From Octopus sinensis (Eukaryota), in assembly GCF_006345805.1 (NCBI RefSeq), contig NC_042998.1:56854001-56918000 (forward strand): a stretch of DNA of 64,000 nt, in the 5' to 3' direction. This document shows positions 11,957 to 24,499 of this stretch, in pieces. Made by a program: the position numbers and the translations under genes. The notes under the pieces were generated by a model. It did not search any database. It was not told the origin of the DNA and worked only from the letters and a program-made list of their open reading frames with translations. Numbering within the stretch: position 1 is the first letter of the stretch; each line of letters opens with the position of its first letter.

Positions 11957-12130
11957 CGTTTCTACTTAAGGCACAAGACCTGAAATTTTGAGAGAGGGGA
12001 CTAGTCGATTACATCGACCCCAGTGCGTAACTGGTACTTATTTCATCAATGCCGAAAGGATGAAGGGCAAAGGTGTCCTCGGAAGAATTTGATCTCTGAA
12101 CACGAAGACGGACGAAGTGCTGCTAAATAT
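11957..12130 (-). mobile_element. SINE family A, (ATT)n-tailed subtype, tail-to-tail with the Dong element
   Basis: Central domain gactagtcgattacatcgaccccagtg; shares the (AAT)n tract with the R4/Dong copy. Confidence 0.75.
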
Positions 12131-12253
12131 GCTGTAGATTACCTGAGCAAGAAATCTTGTTTTCATTCTCAGCTAAACTTACATTTCTTCAGTTTTGTCA
12201 CCAACGTTTTCGAGAAATACTTGGGCATCACTTTTCCAGTTCCTTCCTTCCTT

Positions 12254-12378
12254 TCTTCTTCTTCTTCTTCTTCTTCTTCTTCTTCTTCTTCTTCTTCTTC
12301 TTCTTCTTCTTCTTCTTCTTCTTCTTCTTCTTCTTCTTCTTCTTCTTCTTCTTCTTCTTCTTCTTCTTCTTCTTCTTC
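12254..12378. repeat. Pure (TTC/GAA)n microsatellite, about 41 units
   Basis: Uninterrupted ttc run read directly. Confidence 0.98.
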
Positions 12379-12405
12379 ACATTATTTTCCATTAGAAGTT
12401 CTCAC

Positions 12406-12541
12406 CCGACATAAGAAACGTTATGCACTCAACAATGGATCCTTTGATCGGGTCAAGATCAACAACTTCACTAAACCCAATATAACATCTGCCAAGATTC
12501 CTCACTTTACTTTTGTTCCTTCCATTAGATAACATAATATC
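12406..12541 (-). CDS. Candidate coding exon (phase 0 to 1) of unidentified minus-strand gene
   Basis: Acceptor cctacttttcattacatacag|GAT and donor TCGG|gtgaga; only one of three frames is open: DIMLSNGRNKSKVRNLGRCYIGFSEVVDLDPIKGSIVECITFLMS; non-repetitive. Confidence 0.55.
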
Positions 12542-13529
12542 CTGTATGTAATGAAAAGTAGGCATTACAAATGACAATATACCCTTGTTTTATTGAGTTT
12601 TGTTAAAGTAGGCGAGAGTGAAAGAACTCATGGGGAGCAATTGTCCCCTAAAATTTTGTAGAAACAGAAATGAAATAAATCAGGCAACCAGCCGAGCGTT
12701 TTATCGAGAAAGATTAACGATTGACCAGGTGAGAAAAATAAAAACAGAAAACACTAATATTATATCTTCCAGGGAAACTTAACTAACTTGTTTGTATGGT
12801 TTTATTATTAATGATTTCTGTTAGCTTCAAGTAATTTTATGAGTATTTTTATGACACGTAAGCTAGTGTAATAGAATGCCATAAAATTCTTATTGAAAAT
12901 TCTTTGTTGTTGTTGTTATTGTTATTGTTAGTATTATTATGAAATATTGTGATCGTTATGAAATGCTGTTATTGTTAATCACTGTCACCGTAATCATCTT
13001 CATCGTCGCCGTCATCATTAATTTCTTTCTTTTCTTATATGTCACGAATTAATGTGAGAAATAATGTAACAATGTATTTAGTTACCTTTTGACATACTTC
13101 ACCGTCGCAACAACTTTTCCTTAACTTACATATACACGTATATACATGCATTCATTTTTACATACATACATACATGCATATAATACACACACACACACAT
13201 ATACATATGTATAAGCATATGCATGTGTGTGCATGCATATATATATGGCCTTACCCACGAATTTTATATAGTATATATATATACATACATATATGTATAT
13301 GCATGTATGTATGTATATATGTATGTCTGTATATATATATATATATATGTATATACCGAGAGAGAGAGAGAGAGAGACCAAAGTGTACGTACGCCGATAT
13401 ATATATATATATATGTGTGTGGTGTGTGTGTGTGTATATTACAGTGATGTTTCTTTATCCGAAACAAAATGGTTCATATTGTTGATTAAAAATGTAATGG
13501 CAAGTATTTATTGACCTTTTTCTTTCTTT

Positions 13530-14035
13530 TAAAAATCGGCACGAACTCTCTGGACAACCCAATATATTGTCGGGGTACAAGAGCTGTATGTCCTTTTTCT
13601 GGGACTCTTGATGGTACAATCGCATTTGCTTGGCAGCTAGCCTTTACAATAGTGCATGACTTTTGTTCCCTCATCTCCACAGAGCAATAACCGGTCTGTT
13701 ATCTTTGCACCGAATTGCTATTCATATTGGAATGTTCCACCAGTATTCTTGGTTTTTAAAGCTGTGAAAACGTGCTGCTTTCGACATGCCTTTGATGTAT
13801 ACCTCAGGGCAGTCTTTCCAGCGGATAACATTGTACACAGTCTCTGCCTCAGGAGCAGTATCTCGTAGACATTCTGGGGTAACTATGATATGGGTGATAT
13901 CCTCCACACTGGTATAGCAAAGCTTACATTTTCTATCACAACGTAGTAAGTTTGGTGGTATCCTTGTCTCTCTTGTTTGTCAAGTACTTCGTAGTTGTCT
14001 CCTGATCCTCGATGGCGAAGGCATATCCATCCAAA
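13530..14035 (-). pseudogene. R4/NeSL-type RLE retrotransposon fragment (different lineage from 10461)
   Basis: DGYAFAIEDQE..TKYL, CKLC..VEDITHII, EYWWNIPI, KDNRP: the zinc knuckle and RLE approach region. Confidence 0.7.
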
Positions 14036-14157
14036 TGTGAATTAACGTATCTTTCACAGGTCCAAGAGAAGCTACTTTACCTGTCAATGGTGTTGTTACC
14101 TATCTTTCTTCTTGCTCTCTCTCTCTCTCTCTGTGTATATATATTATATATATATAT

Positions 14158-14193
<36 letters not shown>

Positions 14194-14196
<3 letters not shown>

Positions 14197-14318
14197 AGAA
14201 GGTTTGAAAATACAATTTTAATAGATGTTTATTTTAAAAGATGTTATTTTAAAAGATGTTTTAAAATTGCACAAAGTAAATAAACATCTTTTAAAATTGC
14301 ATTTTCAAACCTTCTTTC
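14194..14318. repeat. Short inverted-repeat element flanked by (TA)n
   Basis: gaaagaaggtttgaaaatacaattttaa pairs with ttaaaattgcattttcaaaccttctttc; arms about 40 bp; internal tandem ttttaaaagatg. Confidence 0.8.
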
Positions 14319-14404
14319 ATATATAATTCCACTCGTGCGGTACTTTACAACTCCACTTTGTTATAATATTATAATTATATATATATATATATATACACCT
14401 GTTT

Positions 14405-14522
14405 ATGTATGTATGTATGTATGTATGTATGTATGTATGTATGTATGTATGTATGTATGTATGTATGCATGTATGTATGTATGTATGTATGTATGTATGT
14501 ATGTATGTATGTATGTATGTAT
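14405..14522. repeat. (TATG)n microsatellite
   Basis: Read directly; similar tracts at 3655-3765, 8055-8105, 36650-36700, 36805-36883 and 48050-48245. Confidence 0.95.
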
Positions 14523-14898
14523 GAATCTATCTATCTATCTATCTAGTTATATAGATTGATTATAAAGGTTTGTTAGTGCTAACATGAAAAATATTTCTTT
14601 ATTCGCTGCAAAACTGTGTAAGTGATTGAAGAGTCAGGTGCAAATTTACGTTAGTATAACTATATTTCAGAGCATGACTGAAAGGCTATAACAAACAGTG
14701 ATAGCCCCCAAGATGAGGAAATATATCATTCATAATCATTGTATGTTTTAAAATATACTCATTGGCTGCAACAGCTTGACGTCTTTCTCATTAAATGTCA
14801 TGTAGCAATTCTTGTTTTTCCACAATGCCGATATCACATATATTTCAATTACATCTATTTCATCCGGAATTTGCACACACACACACACGCACAACACA

Positions 14899-14942
<44 letters not shown>

Positions 14943-15217
14943 CACACACACACGCACACACGTACGGAAGCACACACAAATACACTCACATGCATACTTT
15001 GAAATATATTCTTCAAATTACTAAAGGCAATGAATTAATAAAGACAATATTTTTGTGTTTACATTTAATAATATTCCTGCTAAATATGCAGACGGATGCC
15101 GATTCGGTACAAGATGGTAGCTCTTCTGTTGCGTGAATTATATTACATAATATTTATGGAACTCAGAAAAGTAGTTTTTATTAATACAGTGAAATGATAA
15201 AATTATGTTGCTCTTTA

Positions 15218-15235
15218 TTTTTATTATTATTGTTA

Positions 15236-15311
<76 letters not shown>

Positions 15312-15365
15312 CATTATTATTATTAATTATTATTATCATCATCATTATCATCATTATTATTATTG
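15218..15365. repeat. (ATT/ATC)n microsatellite
   Basis: Read directly. Confidence 0.95.
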
Positions 15366-15541
15366 TTGTTATTATTTTTCACTTCAGAAAGTCAACAAAT
15401 TCTGTTGTCTAAAAATAGAAGTGAAAGAAACTTCATTGCATCCTTTTATTCAATTTTCTTCTCATATTGATATCGAGGATAATGTAATTTCAACAATAAT
15501 TCGAATAATGTTGTTATATGCATGAACAAATTGCGATACAC

Positions 15542-15610
15542 AAACACTCGGACAGCGGTTGGTGAGTCGGCACGAAGCAATCTATCCCCTCTTGCATGTA
15601 CATTGAGTGG
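15542..15610 (-). CDS. Candidate coding exon (phase 0 to 0)
   Basis: Strong acceptor cttgcttgtttcactttcag|CCA; open frame PLNVHARGDRLLRADSPTAVRVF; donor TTT|gtgtat is weak and one of several options. Confidence 0.35.
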
Positions 15611-15644
15611 CTGAAAGTGAAACAAGCAAGATAGAAAAATCGGC

Positions 15645-15744
15645 NNNNNNNNNNNNNNNNNNNNNNNNNNNNNNNNNNNNNNNNNNNNNNNNNNNNNNNN
15701 NNNNNNNNNNNNNNNNNNNNNNNNNNNNNNNNNNNNNNNNNNNN
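15645..15744. other. Assembly gap (100 N)
   Basis: Run of n. Confidence 1.
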
Positions 15745-15877
15745 ATAGATTAAATTTCTAAGGCGAGTAGAGAGTGATAAAAAAATAGATCCAGCACTAT
15801 AAATAATGTCTAATTAGTTAAGTACGTACGTTCACATGTACACATAGTTACACATGCACGCAGGCGCGCACGCACAC

Positions 15878-15912
<35 letters not shown>

Positions 15913-16057
15913 ACACAAACACGCGCGCTCGCACACGCACACACACATACTGGCAATGCGGATTTGATTATCTCGGCTTCTAATAACATTCATAGTTTCC
16001 GTGGTGACAACAGGGGTGAGTATTCTCTTTCAAAACACGAAATATTTTGTAACAGAC

Positions 16058-16187
16058 ACCACCACTACCACCACCACCACCACCACTACCACCACCACCA
16101 CCACCTAACACCACCACCATTACTACTATTACTACTACTATTACTACTACTACTACCACCACCACCACCACCACCACCACCATTACA

Positions 16188-16222
<35 letters not shown>

Positions 16223-16280
16223 CGCCGCCACCACCACTACTACTGCTGCTACTACTACTACTACTAATACTACTACTACT
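16058..16280. repeat. Compound (CAC)n/(CTA)n trinucleotide microsatellite
   Basis: Read directly; source of the spurious poly-H/P/L ORFs. Confidence 0.95.
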
Positions 16281-16826
16281 TTCTATTTCTTTATTTTATT
16301 ATTATTGTTATTTATTTTCATCAGAGTGTTTAACAGAAGTCGCAAATGATAATATAATAGCGAGTAAAAAAGGCACAGCTGAAGCCGTCGCAAGTGAAGA
16401 GACAAAATTAATATAAAAATCCGTAGTTACCAACTGTCACGACTACATGGTGAATGTGAGTCAAAAAAAGTTAGCTTGATTAATCAGCTCCATTCCCTTC
16501 AGAGATTGCGTACACCCGGCGTTTGTTTACTTAAACCATCTTGAAATCATTCTGGTATTCGGATTTAGAATGACTCCCTCTAGATTTCATATATTTTCTA
16601 TTGATATTTTATTGAGATATAAAAAGAAAAAGGAAAGAAAGAAGAAAAGAAAAACCTCATCCATTCAAATATTTGTCCAGATGTTTGAAGAAAGAAAAAG
16701 TAACTTGTAATTTTGATCAAAAAACGTTTCCTACTATCTATAATGTTTTAATCTGCAGATGTAAGGGACTTATTTCCTTATTAGCTGAGATACACACACA
16801 GGCACACACACACACACACACAATAT

Positions 16827-16857
<31 letters not shown>

Positions 16858-16876
16858 ATATATCTATATATAATAT

Positions 16877-17180
16877 AAACAATTGCAGCGTGGAAGGTGT
16901 TTATAAGCCATTTAAGAAACACAAAACCGTTAGATTATTTCAAATTTAACTTTATTTGTCAAAATATTTTCGTCACTTGGAGACCGCGACCTGTTCACTG
17001 ACAAAATTCCGTGCTGCACAGAATTTTGTCACTGAACAGGTCGCGGTTTCCAAGCGACTAATCTAACGGTTTTTGTGTGTTTCTTAAATGGCTGATAAAC
17101 ACCTTCCACACTGCAATTGTTTTCGTTGCACTACACGATCTCAGATCAGGTCACTTGCTATGCAAGTACATCTCCGTAAT
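16877..17180. mobile_element. Fold-back repeat family E (Penelope-pLTR-like), copy 1
   Basis: Inverted arms 16877-17014 / 17016-17122 with a 34-bp deletion in the right arm; the long arm continues ~58 nt to (TA)n; homologous to 35578-35931. Confidence 0.85.
16955..17005 (-). ncRNA. Minimal type I hammerhead candidate with G3:C8 core
   Basis: Minus strand TTTGTCA-GTGAACA-G-GTCGC-ggtctccaa-GTGAC-GAAA-ATATTT-TGACAAA. Confidence 0.6.
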
Positions 17181-17206
17181 ATATATATATATATATATAT
17201 TTCTTT

Positions 17207-17380
17207 ACTACCCACAAAGGGCTAAACACAGGGGGGACAGACAAGGACAGACAAATGAACTAAGTCGATTACATCTACCCCAGTGTGTAACTGGTATTTA
17301 ATTTATCGACCCCGAAAGGATGAAAGGCAAAGTCGACCGCGGCGGAATTTGAACTCAGAACGTAACGGCAGACGAAATAC
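17207..17380 (-). mobile_element. SINE family A (head truncated)
   Basis: Near-identical to 196-380. Confidence 0.85.
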
Positions 17381-17384
17381 GAAA

Positions 17385-17430
<46 letters not shown>

Positions 17431-17870
17431 ATATATATATAATATATATATATAATACACAATATAATAATAAGAGTAAATAATTCTATAAAGGCTTTTA
17501 AAAAACCCCCATTATTTACTGGTAGAATTCGGTATGTAAATATACCGATTACCGGCAGGAACTTCTGTAAAGTTCAGTATATATATTGTATATAAGAAAA
17601 AATATAGGATGTGAAATATATATGCAATGTATATGAAATATATATCAAAAATATATATGAAATATATATTCAATATGTTTATAATCCAGAAACATGATGT
17701 TCACAGATAACCACCAGACTTCGTTTTCGTTATCTATTCCTTCTGTTTTGCATATGTGAATTACAGGGTTTGTCGTGCCCGGAGTCCAACTTTGATAGAA
17801 ATAAGCATTCTTGACTGCTATTTCTATTTTTTCGGTATGCGGTCAAGCAACCTGTTGCCTGTCCCTTTTT

Positions 17871-17913
<43 letters not shown>

Positions 17914-18037
17914 GCACACACACACACACCACACACACACACACACGCAAACACACACATACACACACACATATGAAAGTGAATGAAAGAGAGAGTGAAA
18001 CTATCTATCTTACCCTATCTATCTGTCTCTCTTTCAG

Positions 18038-18083
<46 letters not shown>

Positions 18084-18279
18084 TACCAGGATGGTGTATG
18101 GCGCTCAGTAATTCAATTCACGAAATGGAAAAAAAAAACTCTGAACACAAAGACAGAGGTCTGCTGCTCATCAGTCTTGTGGCATATTTGCACCAACTGT
18201 TGCTATCGGCAGTACAAAAAAGTTTGTGAATGGTCACACATAAACCCTCACCACTTTTAAACTTGTCGCAGTGTAGGCT

Positions 18280-18350
18280 ATCCAAGAAATTTACTTACTC
18301 CACTTTTTATGAAATATGGAGTTAAAAAAATACGATGAGAGGGGTCTATC

Positions 18351-18384
<34 letters not shown>

Positions 18385-18835
18385 TATTGTATTTAGGAAT
18401 GGTCATGTCGCCAGTTTAGCCAATAAAAACACACGCACTATATTTTTGGTGTTAATTTGCCTCAGCTTTATTTATTTTTTACATTAATCTTAATCTTATT
18501 TCGGTCAGAGTTCTTTCGTCACACTTCTGTGACCTCTGGCCGAAATAAGATGAAGATTAAAGTAAAAAATAAATAAAGCTGAGGCAAATTAACACCAAAT
18601 ATATAGTGCGTGTGTTTTTATTGGCTAAACTGGCGACATGACCATTCCTAAATACAATAACACATACACACACACACACATACACATACACACACACATA
18701 CACACACACACATACATACACACACAAATCATATATATTATATATAATAGACACTCGTCGTATTCGATTCATAGGAACCAAAGATTTTTTAAATTCCGTA
18801 TTTCATAAAAAGTGGAGTAAGTAAATTTCTTGGAT
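18280..18835. repeat. Large fold-back (130-bp unique arms plus outer arms including microsatellites)
   Basis: 18381-18510 pairs with 18534-18663; outer arms atccaagaaatttacttactcc (18280) and ggagtaagtaaatttcttggat (18835). Confidence 0.9.
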
Positions 18836-18848
18836 ATATATGTATACA

Positions 18849-18908
<60 letters not shown>

Positions 18909-19226
18909 CTATGTATACATATTCGTCTCTGTGGTTCGCCATTTTCAGCGGCTTCTTGACGTTGACGCCATCAAAGATATGGACAATATCATCGTCATAG
19001 GCATGAAATTGTTATGATCCTTTGGACAATAACTGACGAGGATTTAGCAACATTCTATGTGTGTAGTTTCCGTTTGTTCCGCTCATTGTGCTTTTATATA
19101 ATTTTTGGAACACACACACACACACACACATACACATGGAAGTGAATGAAAGAGAGAGTGAAACTATCTATCTGACCCTATCTATCTGTCTCTCTTTCAG
19201 TTATCTCTCCATCCAACAACTCACCC

Positions 19227-19304
<78 letters not shown>

Positions 19305-19569
19305 TTATCTATATATCTACTCATTCATCTATCTCTTATATTTTCCTGCCTAATTACATCAGCGAAATTCAAAGAACATTAGCGATAGGCAGTTAGTGAA
19401 CGACGATTCGGTTTAACGATATGAATGACAAGCACACTGTGCACAATTTCTCCCAGAAGACTCTATGTATCTGTTTTGTACAAAGTATGTAAAGAGCTAG
19501 ACGGTAAAGTTTAGTTCTTCATCTGAACATATGTACATGGACCATAGATATTGCAATGAAATGCAGTTA

Positions 19570-19622
19570 AGTACACTCGTTTGTATGAAATTCTTCTTTT
19601 ATTGGTATCATATTTATAATCC

Positions 19623-19660
<38 letters not shown>

Positions 19661-19714
19661 TTATATATATCTCTTATATATATATATTATATATATTTAT
19701 ACTTATATATATAT

Positions 19715-19764
<50 letters not shown>

Positions 19765-19781
19765 TTTATACTTATATATAT

Positions 19782-19861
<80 letters not shown>

Positions 19862-19999
19862 GTATACATATATATATACACACATGTACGTAAGTACACT
19901 CGTTTTTATGAAATTTTATGATATCATATTTATAATCTTTATATATATATATATATATATATGCACACATACATACATATACATATATGCATATAGAGA

Positions 20000-20058
<59 letters not shown>

Positions 20059-20090
20059 ATATATATATATATTATATATATACACACATG
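19570..20090. repeat. Compound (TA)n region with a ~50-bp direct repeat and higher-order units
   Basis: taagtacactcgttt..atgaaatt at ~19568 and ~19891; unit atatttatacttatatata repeated. Confidence 0.85.
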
Positions 20091-20299
20091 CTCATATGTA
20101 CTTTTAGAAAGTGTTGCTTACTGATCTGCAAATGTGGTTTGGCCGTATAAGTGTTTCATGTGCTGGTACACATGTTATATCACTTAATGTTATCACTGCA
20201 CGGTGGATATACTTGCATAAAGGAAACGGGATGCTCACCGTTCTTCACCCCTGGGTGCATCTAGCTATACAACAGTGGGCAGTTGTCTTGCTTAGGAAA

Positions 20300-21140
20300 C
20301 TAATATTCATGGTTAACTTGATATCTTGTTAACTTTCTAATGATCTCTTTGACATATGCTTTAACACTAACATGACTTTTGTTTTTCTCGCTGATACCAT
20401 CTCGTGTATTATTTATTCTTTTACAACTCTGTTTTCCTGCACTAACCAAAGTACAGTCGTTTAAAGTAATTATTTCGCTGCCACTTCTGCAAATACACCG
20501 AGATCTATGCCTTTCTGTTGGACCCAAAATATGTTTTGTCTCCTGTATTTGGTTAAAACTTGAAAATAGTCAGTAACAAAATATTGTTTCATATTTCCAG
20601 CGCATAATTATTTCTTGTTAGCTTTATACAATGTTCTACATTGAATATAACATAACTATTATATGAGTAAAACTTTGAAAACCTGGGATTTTACAATTGT
20701 AGAAAACACTGCATATGGTTCCTTATTTCACAAATTCCAAAATTCAAATGAAGACTACGATGTTTTATTGCTCTCACATTTGGAGCGGTGCTACTGCTTC
20801 TTTCACACATATCCTGGACCGCATCCAGATTGATTTGCAAATAATTACTCAAGGACAAGCTCCAGTTTGTGGGCAATAGGCGTATTCTCATTTCTCTACT
20901 TTTTCTACAGCAACTACAATGACATGTGCTTCTCGGAGCTGGCTGGCCTCATACCATCACTTAGGCATTTCTAATTCATTTGTGTTCTACTTGCATCACT
21001 CTTGTGTCAAACCCTCCAGGTCCCGCTCTTATCAGTATACCCCGTTCTTCCTTCTCAGAACGTCCGGTATTCTGGAATTCTCTCCCTACCCATGTGTTTC
21101 CCTAAAGGTTTTGATTTACAAAGACCTGAAAAGAAACAAG
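20300..21140 (+). pseudogene. Decayed L2/CR1/Jockey-group LINE RT 3' half
   Basis: Remnants NDLFDICFN..FLADT, TMFYCSHIWSGA..ILDRIQ, YNDMCFSELAGLIP and FWNSLPTHVFP. Confidence 0.7.
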
Positions 21141-21552
21141 AATACCATTACTCTCATCAATCAAGGATGTCAAGTGAAGGCCATGGGTTCTAAATATTCA
21201 TCCAGAGAAAGTAAGTAACGAAGAAGTAAACATCTCATATTGTAAATTATTCGCCATCTTTCAAAGAACGTTCATAATTTTGAGAGGTCTGTGGTAGTAA
21301 GTTAATAGTTCTACGTTGACTTGACAATAATATTAACCAAACTAACTGCGAATAACGACACAGCGTCTTGATAAAGAAAGGACACGTTGAACAATGTAGT
21401 TCTATGATTGTGTGGTTTAGAAGGTGGTTTTGCAACCACGAGGTTTCGGGTTCAGTCTTTGGCAAGACTCTTCTATCATATCCCCGGACAGACCAATGCC
21501 CTGAGAGTTATGTTGATTGACGGAAAGGAAATTGTATGGAAGCCTGACGAGC

Positions 21553-21617
<65 letters not shown>

Positions 21618-22209
21618 ATATGTATACGTACATATATATGTATACATACATACATATATATATATATATTTTTTAAATTTAGAGATAGTATACCCCTACA
21701 TCTCACCAAATAAAAAGAATTTTTATGTTTATTTTAAATACCTACTGTTTTATTACTTGTCAACACGTGTTTCATGAGGTACATCCTCGGGTTCCTAAAC
21801 CACTCTGTGTTTCCCTGGAACCCCTCTCAAAATGCCACCCCAGTCATCAGGCCCTTATATAACTTTATCAACATAGTATTTGTAAATTTTATTTTGTTTG
21901 GAACACTATATATTACTAACATAGTTTTTGTAAATTTTCGTATATTTTTTTAGATTTTTATTCCTTACTTTATTCGTGTAACTTTTATTTCTGTAAAATT
22001 AAAATATATTTCTTCATTGAGAATAATTTGAACCTCTGTTATGCCGGAAATTTTATTACCTAAAAAATAATATTTAAATACCATGGGGAAAATTCCTCTT
22101 TGCATCCCAAAATTTCCATAGTTTTATTTTCAATTTGACTCGAGAGGTTTATTTAGGTCGCAAAGCTTATTGTACCTAGTACATACACACACGCACACAC
22201 ATATATTTA

Positions 22210-22247
<38 letters not shown>

Positions 22248-22262
22248 TATATATATATATAT

Positions 22263-22452
22263 TAGAATGGTTGTTATACTGTCAATCTAACAAGAACGTG
22301 ACAGTAGGGGGTACACCCACCGCGTATAGAGCCCTAGGAAGCATCGAACGCCTCCTGATAGCTTTGGCGTTCGATGCTTCCTAGGCTATACAGCGGTGGT
22401 GTACCCCCTACTGTCACGTTCTTGTTTAGATTGACAGTATACAACCATTCTA
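22263..22452. repeat. Near-perfect hairpin (~88-bp arms, 13-nt loop)
   Basis: 22263-22352 pairs with 22366-22452; loop tcctgatagcttt; left end abuts (TA)n and the right arm extends ~55 nt to (TA)n. Confidence 0.95.
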
Positions 22453-22567
22453 TCGCCCCACCACCGTACATGTCTCTACGAGAGATTTAGAAATTCAATA
22501 TTTCTTATTATATATATTATTACATATATATATATACATATATATACATATATATATATACACCACA

Positions 22568-22633
<66 letters not shown>

Positions 22634-22652
22634 TACATACATACATACACAC

Positions 22653-22688
<36 letters not shown>

Positions 22689-22837
22689 TATATATGTGTG
22701 TGTGTATGAATGTATGTACTAGGTGCAATATGCTTTGCGACCTAATAACCTCTCGAGTCAAATTAATATATATATATATATATTTTATATATATATTATA
22801 TATATATACATATACATATACATATACATATATATAT

Positions 22838-22868
<31 letters not shown>

Positions 22869-23549
22869 TACATACATACATACATACATACATACATACA
22901 TACATACATGTGTGCACGTGTGTGTGTGTGTGCGCGCGTGTGTTTGAACGTATGTATGTGTGCGTGTCATTGTATTCGTTTTGCAGTGTTGGTTTGTTTT
23001 ATGTCCCCGTGACGTACCGGTTCAGCAAAAGAGCATGGCCATATTTCAATGACTGAAACAAGTAAAAAAAAAAGAAAAAGATCCAAAAATGCAGTGTGTT
23101 TATGACTGACTACAGGGGAAATTTAGTAGACACAATAGAATAATAGACAAATCGAGCTCAAAACATACACAACATAACTTGAGATACACTTTTGGGTGCA
23201 AAAAAAAAGAAATTAAAAGATATTAAAACGAAACGTTAGAGTCGCCACTGCTGAAATATCTTTCGTCGTTTGATCGTAGGAGTGCTTATTGAGAGATGAT
23301 CTGGGCTAACGATCAACAGCGTCGTCAACAAGCTCATATATTTGGTACACGCAAACTTTGTTTCGTAGGAGAACATTGCAGTTTTCCCAAGAGGTGTTGG
23401 AGGAAAGACTAAAAGACTTTTGACGATCAGTAACAACCCGATTGAAATGTTATCCTCCAATGTGAAAAGACGAACAGTGCTAAGTCTACCGATTCACAAA
23501 GTACTTTATACCAAATCAGTGCACCAATAGAATACATGCGCGCGCACAG

Positions 23550-23589
<40 letters not shown>

Positions 23590-23910
23590 TAAATATACAC
23601 ACACATATATGTGTATTTATGTATTTTTATATTCTAGTAACGGCACTAACAATTCCATGCCCTAGTTTCATGTTCGTGTCTAGGTGGTTAGTAACCTGAA
23701 TGTCGGTCGTCCTCTGTAGTATAAATTGCAATAATTACTCACACCTATATCAGTCTCTATACAAACCCGTAGGGCTATGAAGCACTTCAATGTTTCCGCG
23801 CGTAAAATTATAAAACACCTACATATTTCTCTCCCTCCCCTCTCGCTCTCTCTCTCTCTTCTCTCTGCCCATCTATCCTTATGTCCGAGTATATATGTGC
23901 ATATATCATA

Positions 23911-23949
<39 letters not shown>

Positions 23950-24039
23950 ATATATATAATATATAATTATTATATATATATATATATATATATACATATA
24001 TACATATGCATACACACACATATAAATACTCGTATTTTT

Positions 24040-24495
24040 TCTTTTCTTTTTCTTTTACTTGTTTCAGTCATTTGACTGTGGCTATGCTGGAGCACCGCCT
24101 TTAGTCGAGTAAATCGAGCCCAGGATTTATTTTTTGTAAGCCTAGTACTTATTCTATCGTTCTGTTTTGCCGAACCGCTAAGTTACATGGACGTAAACAC
24201 ACCAGCATCGGTTGTCAAGCGTTGTTGGGGGGGGGACAAACACAGACACACAAACATATACACACACATACAAATCTCTCTCTCTCTCTATATATATATA
24301 TCTATATATATATATATATATATACATTTATACGACGGGATTCTTTCAGTTCCCATCTACCAAATCCACTCACAAGGCTTTGGTCGACCCGAGGTTATAG
24401 TAGAATTGACTTGGCCAAGGTGCCACGCAGTGCGACTGAACCCGGAACCATGTGTTTGGTAAGCAACCTACTTACCTCACAGTCACTCCTACGTC
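24040..24495 (-). mobile_element. Bipartite SINE family B
   Basis: Full head, internal (CA)(CT)(TA) microsatellite and right part. Confidence 0.85.
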
Positions 24496-24499
24496 TATG

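Noticed and set aside
17505-17580. Minus-strand GGTAT/ATACC stem followed by GAAT (hammerhead-like)
   Set aside because: The CUGANGA core is absent or misplaced and GAAA is broken.
23236-23460. 74-aa minus-strand ORF in unique sequence
   Set aside because: No convincing splice sites or recognisable motif; length is within chance range.
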